The notes beneath the pieces were generated by a model that saw only the letters and a list, made by a program, of their open reading frames with translations, was not told the origin of the DNA and did not search any database. Of a stretch of DNA of 64,000 nt, positions 53,432-64,000 are shown one piece after another; within the stretch, counting starts at the first letter, position 1; every line of letters begins with the position of its first letter. A program made the translations under genes and the position numbers. Origin of the DNA: Eledone cirrhosa (Eukaryota); contig OZ024743.1 of the NCBI GenBank assembly GCA_964016885.1, forward strand, positions 264,120,001 through 264,184,000. The letters are read 5' to 3'.

Positions 53432-54840
53432 AGTGGTTACACAACAGTTACTTCACCGACCCGAGAACAATTGTTTCACATTAGCGGATCGTGAGCTCGT
53501 AATGGACATGGTTATACGGAACAGGAAGGACAACCGTAAGAACGCGCATACGCAGGAACGATCACTTCACACACGCAATACTAAATTGCGTGCGAGAGAT
53601 GTAAGGGAGATAACTGAGAATGTCCGAAAGTTTCTAGTTGATAGGAAAATTAGGATGTTGTTGTAATTCAATCCGGAGCTTTGTAGTTATGTAAGAGGTA
53701 TTTCCAGACTTGGGGACAGCGTGTGAAGAATTAATTTCTCGTGTTTAGGCAATCACTATTGCGTAATCTCTTTAGAATATTTATTCGTTCAACAATACAT
53801 AGTCCGCACGACGGATTGCCCCTTGCGTATGGCTTGGACTTACTGATGGCTTTCCATTGAATGGAGTAATCTATACTTGAGTCCTTGAGTGACCATACGA
53901 GGCTCGTGAGTTTCGTGGATGAACGTCTGTCCGGGTAACTAAAGGTCGACTAGTGGTTCAGGAAGCGTTCCTTAAATCGGACCTCCGCCATACCCACATA
54001 GGATTTGACCTCCTGTGGTTGATTTGGTCAGATGGAAGTGACCACAGCTTCATAAACTACAGCGGGTGTGTTGCATTGCTGTTGAAGGGGACAAGCTTCG
54101 GGCTTACGGCAAGAGCACCCTGGTGGGGTGTTGCTCTTAAAGCGGTTGGTGATGTGGGCCTTCATGTTCTTAGCGCAGGAGTATCCTAGTTTTACTTTGT
54201 GTCGGTTAAAGATGGAGCGGTCTTTATGACCTATGGGAAAGTATCTATCTAAGAGGGCTAGAAACCTTTTGCCTTCATTGGTTTTAACGTTGAGTGAGAA
54301 GTGAGGAGAGAACCAGATAGTTTGTCTATTGTTACGCTTTCTTTTCTTATTGCTGTTGTTGTTAGTGGGAGAGTAAGTGATAGGTTGCGAGAAGCCTCTA
54401 TTAGCTAACGCCGTGTTATAGCAGGGTGCCGCCCTGTCAAAGATAGCCTTATTAGAGGATAGGTTTGAGATTCTAGTACTGATATTATTTACGAAGTTTC
54501 TAAAGACAGTGGGAGGGTGGCATGAGTCCTTGTGAATGTAATTGAGCTTTTCGTTAGAGCTTATAGAAGGGACTGTAGGTGTGTGTGTGCGAAAGTCTAA
54601 ATTAATGTCTAAGAAATCTACGCTAGAGAGGTTGGTAGTTACTGTTATCCTAAGTCCTAACTCATTGAAGGTAGAAGCTAAGTCTTTTTTAAACTTGTCG
54701 AGGTCGTGACCACTTTTATGGCTTGATAAGGTCAGTCCATCGTCGCGGTATATTCCCGTGTGGAACTCCGGGAATCGGACTTTCGCTGTTATCCCCATTA
54801 CATCTCTCGCACGCTATTTAGTATTGCCTGTGAAGTGATC
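53432..54840 (-). mobile_element. 5'-truncated Penelope-like element, same family as 25660-26752
   Basis: GIYRDDGL, VDFLDINL, linker CSC..CPL..C, GIY-YIG to 53668; pLTR 53432-53667 with mutated hammerhead (53463-53498); short inverted pLTR piece at 54775-54840. Confidence 0.9.
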
Positions 54841-55565
54841 ATCATACACTTTCATCGGGAACAGTTCTGTATGGCGCCAGTTCGTGATTTGAACTCGAGA
54901 ATTTTATATTCTCCGAGTGAGAAGAACCCTCTAACGAAATTCTTCTTCTCAATGGATTTCCGCATGGATTATCCATTTATTTTGAGACTTGAAACCGCGC
55001 GGTAAGGGTAATTATAGCAGGTACAGTGAACTTTTTAAAATTTATTTTAAAACTTGTTCTTATTTGCTAAACCTTGATTATATATGTTCTGGCTCTTTAC
55101 TTTATTAACCTGACATAGAACCACATTGGCATACAGTTGGATAATACATGTGTCCCTATATGCATTTTGCATCTAGGGAAACATATTTTATTATTATTAA
55201 TCTCCCCTGCTCGAGATAACATTTTTGTCGTTTTGACTGCTGCAATTTCTAGTGGCAGTACATTGACCTTTCCGCCCCTGCCTTCTATCTTTACACATGG
55301 CAGTAGACAACATTGTTTCAACATCATACACTCTCATCCGGGAACAGTTCTGTATGGCGCCAGTTCGTGATTTGAACTCGGGAAATTTATATTCTCCGAA
55401 TGAGAAGAACCCTCTGACGAAAGTCTTCTTCTCAATGGATTTCCGCATGGATTATCCATTTAATTTGAGACTTGAAACCGCGCGGTAAGGGTAATTATAG
55501 CAGGTACAGTGAACTTTTTAAATTTTATTTTAAAACTTGTCCTTATTTGCTAAACCCTAATTATA
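54841..55565 (+). mobile_element. pLTR/retrozyme-like partial tandem dimer (period 483)
   Basis: 54841-55082 repeats at 55323-55565; ends in (TA)n. Confidence 0.78.
55409..55492 (+). ncRNA. Type I hammerhead ribozyme, canonical (core-mutated copy at 54926-55009)
   Basis: ACCCT/AGGGT, CTGACGA, AAGTCT/AGACTT, GAAA, palindromic CCGCGCGG, GUA site. Confidence 0.9.
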
Positions 55566-55866
55566 TATATATATATATATATACAAAGATCGGAATTAAG
55601 AGTATTCCGCAGTTCACTGTAATAATAATAATAATAGTATTAGCTCAAAGAAGAATAGAGAATTTCCTTCTGAGCTCAAATGCAAGTATATATTACACAA
55701 AGAGAAGTGTGTTACACAGTGAGATGTGTGTAAAGAATTATTACAAGTGATTTTACCGTTACTGTATACGGAAAAATATCTACAGGTTAGCAATTAAATA
55801 GAAAAAAACCAATTCAGAATCAAATCTCTGGATTAGAGTTTTAAATCACAAACCTTAATACTATAT

Positions 55867-55941
55867 TTTGCTGATACGAATCTAGCTTCGTTTCACCACT
55901 TATATGTGCAGTATCAGTTCACAGGATCCTCAGTCAGCAAA
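55867..55941 (-). ncRNA. Type I hammerhead ribozyme
   Basis: Reverse strand TTTGCTGA-CTGAGGA-(weak stem II)-GAAA-CGAAGCTAGATTCG-TA-TCAGCAAA. Confidence 0.8.
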
Positions 55942-56415
55942 TGCGAACACTGAACACTACATATCTAACCTCATGGAGAGAGAGATTGCAAATAGACACG
56001 CTGGCCAGAGTAGGGCGAAATCACGTGTTATTTGCATCAAATAACGGCTCTCATGGATTGGGGAAGATGCTAGAAAGTACAGCCCAACCATTCGAATTTA
56101 TTCGCTCAACAATTTGGAGCTCATTAAATATACAAAGATCGGAATTAAGAGTATTCCGCAGTTCACTGTAATAATAATAATAATAGTATTAGCTCAAAGA
56201 AGAATAGAGAATTTCCTTCTGAGCTCAAATGCAAGTATATATTACACAAAGAGAAGTTTGTTACACAGTGAGATGTGTGTAAAGAATTATTACAAGTGAT
56301 TTTACCGTTACTGTATAGGGAACAATATCTACAGGTTAGCAATTAAATAGAAAAAAAACAATTCAGAATCAAATCTCTGGATTAGAGTTTTAAATCACAA
56401 ACCTTATAACTATAT

Positions 56416-56490
56416 TTTGCTGATACGAATCTAGCTTCGTTTCACCACTTATATGTGCAGTATCAGTTCACAGGATCCTCAGTCAGCAAA
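56416..56490 (-). ncRNA. Type I hammerhead ribozyme (second copy)
   Basis: Same sequence as 55867-55941. Confidence 0.8.
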
Positions 56491-56695
56491 TGCGAACACT
56501 GAACACTACACATCTAACCTCATGGATAGAGAGATTGCAAATAGACACGCTGGCCATTGTAGGGCGAAATCACGTGTTATTTGCATCATGGATTGGGGAA
56601 GATATTGTTCCCTATACGGTAAAATCACTTGTAATAATTCTTTACACACATCTCACTGTGTAACACACTTCTCTTTGTATAATATATACATATAC

Positions 56696-56815
<120 letters not shown>

Positions 56816-58383
56816 GTATATATATACATATATATAACGGGCTGCCTACATTCTCATTACACGATAATGTTTAACAAGTCTGTCGCAGTAGTACGATATC
56901 ATTTTCTAATTTACTGAGAATTAACATGCAGTACAACACCATTTGTTTGTGACGTTATTGTCTTTGCAATACAACAATAGATTGGTATATTTCTCATTTA
57001 TTTTTGCTTCTGTGGTCAAAATTCTATTTGGTCTTTATTGCATTTTCTGTAATTTGAGATGGTAAAACCACTACTTGAATAAATTTAAACCACATGGCTA
57101 TTTAAAATTTCTATCGTATCAGAGATTACTTTCGAGAACCAAAGGTATGTGTTACAGTTATGTATTAATTTACATCAATAATGACGTTTTAACAACGCAG
57201 TTGATTTGACGATGGATATAATAGAACTATGTATAGTTGTCTAATTAATGCAGAGATCCCACCCCCTTCTAACAGCAATTAGTGAGTGTTCGAGTCTCGA
57301 AATATTCTGGAAGTAGCAAGGATGATGCCTTCCTCAGAGTACTACACCTAACCCTAAAAATACATATAACATAATCTTACATACCCTCATCACTCTGGGT
57401 TGTCACGGCTGATCATTCTTCTGCTCAGTCAGCGTTGAGCTAGGGCTAAACGTCTACTTTAACAAATGATGAATATCTTGGTATATATTAGTATCAAGTT
57501 CAGAAACCTGCCGTCACTTTTGCTAGAAAAGGTCATCTTCGGAACCTCTGTTCTCATCTATAATCGGCTTGAGGTGAAGGCATATGACAGCAGTAACAAT
57601 GGTGTAACAATGTCTCTAATGTAACAATAGAATGATATTGGAGAATGGAAAGAGTTTGGGTTTTCTTGTTATCTACGTTGATAGAAATGTAAAAGTTCAA
57701 ATTAATTGTCCTGAAAACACATTAAACTTTTATAAATGAGAAATTTATATAAAATATTATCATTGAAAGACACAAAAAAGAATAAAAAAATTATATAAAA
57801 TAACAAAAATTAAACCATTATGCATAAAAGCAGAGCAACATTTAATAATAATTGGGAAAATATGAGCAACAATTAAATATCTCTAAACCACCCTCACACA
57901 ATGTAAAACTAGAAAACGGACATATCCCAATACAATATCCTACATTAATCTCTATTTAATTATTGCTCTTATATATGTAGTCTCATCTATTAATTACATT
58001 TTCCTTCCAGGTTATTGTAGAAACCTCGAGTTTAATTAGGAATGTGATGGGCTCGGGGCGGTTATGGTGAATTTAAGAAGAGGCAATTTAACAATAAATT
58101 CATATTTATTTATTTATTTATTTATTTAATCAACTGTTTTGTATTTTCTGTCTCCTGTTCAGTGAGATATCTTACAATAGATTGTTAAAATGAATTATCA
58201 AGCAAGAAACGTCAGCCGTGTAAATCTGACATATCCTAAGAGAATTCACTTTTGCTGTCTGATATTTCATCTTTAAAATCATGTATATATGTCTTGTATA
58301 ACGAACGAATAAGAATAATTCAATATCTTCGCCGGAACATGCTTACACGCACACATGCTCAGACACAGGTATATATATATATA

Positions 58384-60565
58384 TATTCAGTTCGATATTG
58401 ATGAATATTATTCCTCAATTTCACCTGATACTCTACATGAAGCTCTTTCGTTTGCTAAGGCTAATTCCGACCTTACGGATGCTGAAATTAAAATTATTAT
58501 GGAAGCGAGGAAAACTATTGCTAAAGTTGATGATAGCTACTGGGTTCGCAAATATAGACCTTCTAATTTTGATATTACTATGGGTTCCAATGATTCGGCG
58601 GAAGTAACTGATCTTGTGGGAATTTATATCACCCACAAACTACAAGGAAAATTCAAGGATCTCCACGGTAGAATCTACCGTGACGATGCGCTCCTATTAG
58701 TTAAGCATATGAATAACCAGAATTTAGAAAGGATGCGTAAAAATATCAGAAAGCTTTTTAAGGAACTAGGATTAAATATTACATTTGAATATAACCTCAA
58801 AGAGGTTAATTTCCTTGATGTTACTTTGAATCTCAATACAGAAACGATTAAACCGTTCCATAAACTAAATGAGAACCTTAAATATGTAAATACGAGTTCT
58901 AACCATCCCTAGAAATATTTCCCTTAGAATCTCCCACCTGTCGTCCAACCAGCAAACCTTCAAAGAACATGCCGAATATTATGATGATGCACTTAGGAAG
59001 GCTGGACACCTAGATAATATAGAGTATATAGTCGACGATCACCAAAACACCCAAAATAAATCTCATAGGGGTAGAAATAGCATAGAATCACCACCATACA
59101 TACACTACCGCAATAGACACACTATTAGTCGCACACCACCAAACAGATGGCGATGTAAAGTGTATATATGGTACAACACGGTCTATAACAACTCTATTAA
59201 AACCAATCTACCCTCACAATTCTTTCGATTAGTTAAAAAACACTTTCCAACATCACATAAATATAATAAAATCTTAAACCCTAACACTATTCGACTTCAT
59301 ATTCAACTTCATATTCAACTAATATTGAACAACATATAAAAAAGCTTAACGCAAAACGGTTGTATAAACGCCTTCCAACACATAACAATACACGTAAAAC
59401 ATCAGCTATAACATCACAAAACAACAAACAACATCCCGTACTACCTAAGCAACCTCATCAACCCATCCATGCCAATACAACAACGCAAAATTATAACTGT
59501 AACTGTGTCCAACCAGGAATGTGTCCGTTGAACAATCAGTGTCTTGAACGCAACATCATATAAAAATGTACTATCGAATCGGATAGCCAAAAGTGGTACT
59601 ATGTGGTGTCTACAGCCACCTCCTTCAAATCTCGCCTTTATAGACATCATTACTCGATAAAACATGAAAACCAGCGTTATGTAACAACACTCGCAGACAA
59701 GGCTTGGCAGCTGCGCGAAAATAACCAACAATTTAACCTAAAATGGGATATAATAGTGTCTGCCCCTGCATTCCCACGGACAGGAATTTTGTAAATTGTT
59801 TAATATGGAATTATTTTGTATTATGAAATCCAAAAATATTTTATTAAATAACAGAATAGAGCGATCGTTATACTGTAACCATCGCTTAAAATCTACATTT
59901 TCATATTACAAACACTACCAGGATTGAACACCTGTCTCCATTTCCGTTTGATTGTCAAAATACATATTAACATTCTCTATTAGTCTTAATTCTATCAACT
60001 CTTCTAGTCTTTACCATTTAATATAAACTGCTATAGATAAAATGAGATTTCTTAATTCAATTCCCTAATGCACATACCAGCAGGCTACCAGCATTGTTGT
60101 TATTCAGTAGCAGTGAAAATCTCCCGCTTCCTTAATTGACACTTTGTAATTAATACTACTACACCAAACGACCAGCCCTGTCCATTGTTCAATTGGTCAA
60201 GTATAGATTAAAATAGGCACTCCCAAAAATTCTGATTTAGATAAAATAAACCGTATACTCGTTGTATTCTTATTAGAAACCCTTTATATACTGGTTTACC
60301 AGTAAATTGAATTGCCATCTGTCATATACTATCCCCTCTCTTCTTCCTTTATTACAACTAATATAAATACTTCAATTGTTCTGATTGTTTCCAATGTATC
60401 CAATATCGCTGAAGAAGTGACAACTAATTATACATTTGCTATCGAATACTTGCTAACATTATATGATTACGCAAGCAGCGATACATAGGTATTCCGTCTG
60501 TTACAGAAACATATGTCAATACCTAATAAATTCCTTTTTAATCACTTTCATTTTATATTCATTTT

Positions 60566-60570
<5 letters not shown>
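58384..60570 (+). mobile_element. 5'-truncated Penelope-like element of a second family (RT + GIY-YIG to ~59926, long 3' UTR)
   Basis: QFDIDEYYSSI, FDITMGSNDSAEV.DLVG, IYRDD, VNFLDVTL, SNHP, CNC..CPL..CL, FKSRLYRH, W.I; both ends in (TA)n. Confidence 0.9.
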
Positions 60571-61410
<840 letters not shown>

Positions 61411-61427
61411 TATATGTATATATATAT

Positions 61428-61459
<32 letters not shown>

Positions 61460-62264
61460 TTACTATATACATATAAATCTATATTTAACGAAGGAAGTTA
61501 ATAGTTTTGTCTTGAGCTGATTTTAGAGCCAAAATTAATGGACTTACAAACGTGATTTCATCTCACTTTCATTTTCTCTCTTCCGTATTCATAAAACAAA
61601 AATCATATTTCACACATGCTATGTGTCATGCAAGCAAATCTGATTTTAAATCATATCTATAGAATACACTGTGCATTGCGTCCGAAGATTACTATATTTA
61701 TAATTAATTTTAATATCCATTTTTCAATTTAGCATAGATCTTTTCCGTCCTCTTATATTGAATACGCTTTTTCCGTAAAACATTTTCAATTGTGAATTTT
61801 GTCCTTCCATAATTTGAAACACGAATCAGGGTACATTGATAATAATCAGAATGCATTTTATACACAGAATTAGCGACTGGTTTTATGAAAATTGTGAAGC
61901 GGAACCCCCCACCCCCAACACACACTCAAAAAGCATCAGCTGACCTAAGTTATTGGATCAATTAAAGACAATGCAGGGCATTGATCTTGTCTATAAGCAA
62001 TATTGCTAAAACAGCGGTCATATTCCGATATTATTAGATATTCTCAGCGAAGAGTATTTACTGAACAAATTAGTTAGACGAAAACTTCCATATAGGTATC
62101 GGAAAGTGGAACGAAGTTATGCATTGATTATGTGTATCAATACAGACTGGATGTGAAACATCCCAAAGGAGTTTAGATTTCGATAAAAGTATGAGACGAG
62201 TTGCAAGAGAAAAGTAGAAATGAATCCAGTTGAAAAGCAAAATGACAGGTGATAATGTAAGGCA

Positions 62265-62316
<52 letters not shown>

Positions 62317-62355
62317 ATAACATTAAGAAAGATACTGATGTTACATAACCGTGTA

Positions 62356-62446
62356 TTCATAATAATTATTTCAACGGTTCTCTTATGCAATCCAAGATGA
62401 AATTTATGAATTTTTTGATGCTATGAGAACGGTATCTTCAGATGAA
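62356..62446 (-). ncRNA. Type I hammerhead ribozyme
   Basis: Reverse strand TTCAT-CTGAAGA-TACCGTTCTC...GAGAACCGTT-GAAA-TAATTA-TT-ATGAA. Confidence 0.72.
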
Positions 62447-62696
62447 AATCCGATATTGTTATATGTCGCAGGCAGAAAACAGGTCCCTCTACACGTGCAC
62501 CCGGTTGACATATAGTCTCTTCCAGTATTATAGGCTTTCTGATGAAGTGAAAAAAATAATTAAGTATTGCATATGATTGAACAATATATATTGTAGTCAG
62601 TATATGTAGACGATTATAATAGACACAGAAACGTGTTAAAGCAAATAAATTCCTTATCTCCGCAGATGTTTATATTTTCCATGGTGCAATAGTTGC

Positions 62697-63566
<870 letters not shown>

Positions 63567-64000
63567 AACATACATTGCTATTATAGAAGTTCATAGTTTT
63601 CCTCCCCTTTTATAAAACCCATGCCCCTTTTAATCACCCTCCCAGCATCCATTATACGGTAATTACAAATACAGAAGCTGATAACAATTGTATGATATTT
63701 CTATTGATTTCCTACGAATGAAACAGTACTAGAACTGTATAAATAATTTCAATAATAAAATAAGTTTGCCTATATTCTCCTAACATCTCCAAAACAGTGT
63801 ATGACAACTGATAAAAATCGCCAACTCATTATCTACAACCAGCAAATTGATCACTTTATAGAGTTTGTATATCTCGGTCACAAACTATCATCAAACAACA
63901 ATAGAATGGTTGTGGTACAGTATCACATCTCTTTAGGTTGGGAAGCTTTCAACAAGAACAAGGAAGTACTAACATCAAAACGAGTTTCCTATAATTTGAA

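Larger units (their letters stand above)
55581..56682 (-). mobile_element. pLTR/retrozyme-like tandem dimer (period ~549) with an inverted terminal piece
   Basis: 55581-56038 repeats at 56130-56587; 56604-56682 is an inverted copy of 56238-56326; (TA)n on both sides. Confidence 0.8.

Noticed and set aside
54028-54030. In-frame TGA in a Naiad-like ORF as possible selenocysteine
   Set aside because: The sister copy at ~26154 has CGA (Arg), consistent with CpG decay
58011-58067. Possible exon after TTCCTTCCAG
   Set aside because: Weak donor and no recognisable peptide
62539-62600. CTGATGA followed by the palindrome CAATATATATTG
   Set aside because: Stems I and II do not pair and GAAA is incomplete

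Overview
AT-rich, microsatellite-dense animal genomic DNA. The SINE families and (TA)n load suggest an octopod cephalopod, which is inference. No host gene could be firmly identified and almost everything is decayed retroelement. (1) Two nests of non-LTR retrotransposons are stacked in (ATT/TAA)n tracts at 7.5-23.5 kb and 27.3-43.5 kb: three near full-length Tx1/L1-clade LINEs, R4/Dong-type RLE elements of two families and tRNA-type SINEs, all with a strict orientation relative to the microsatellite. (2) Penelope-like elements (RT + GIY-YIG, Naiad-like motifs) and many short direct/inverted repeat units sit in (TA)n tracts. In these I can fold at least seven different type I hammerhead ribozyme families by eye. 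In each, the strand opposite the ribozyme reads as a degenerate echo of part of a Penelope-like ORF. This suggests pLTR/retrozyme-like RNAs that are complementary to the coding RNA, and it is the most interesting signal here. All alignments and folds were done by eye and boundaries are approximate.
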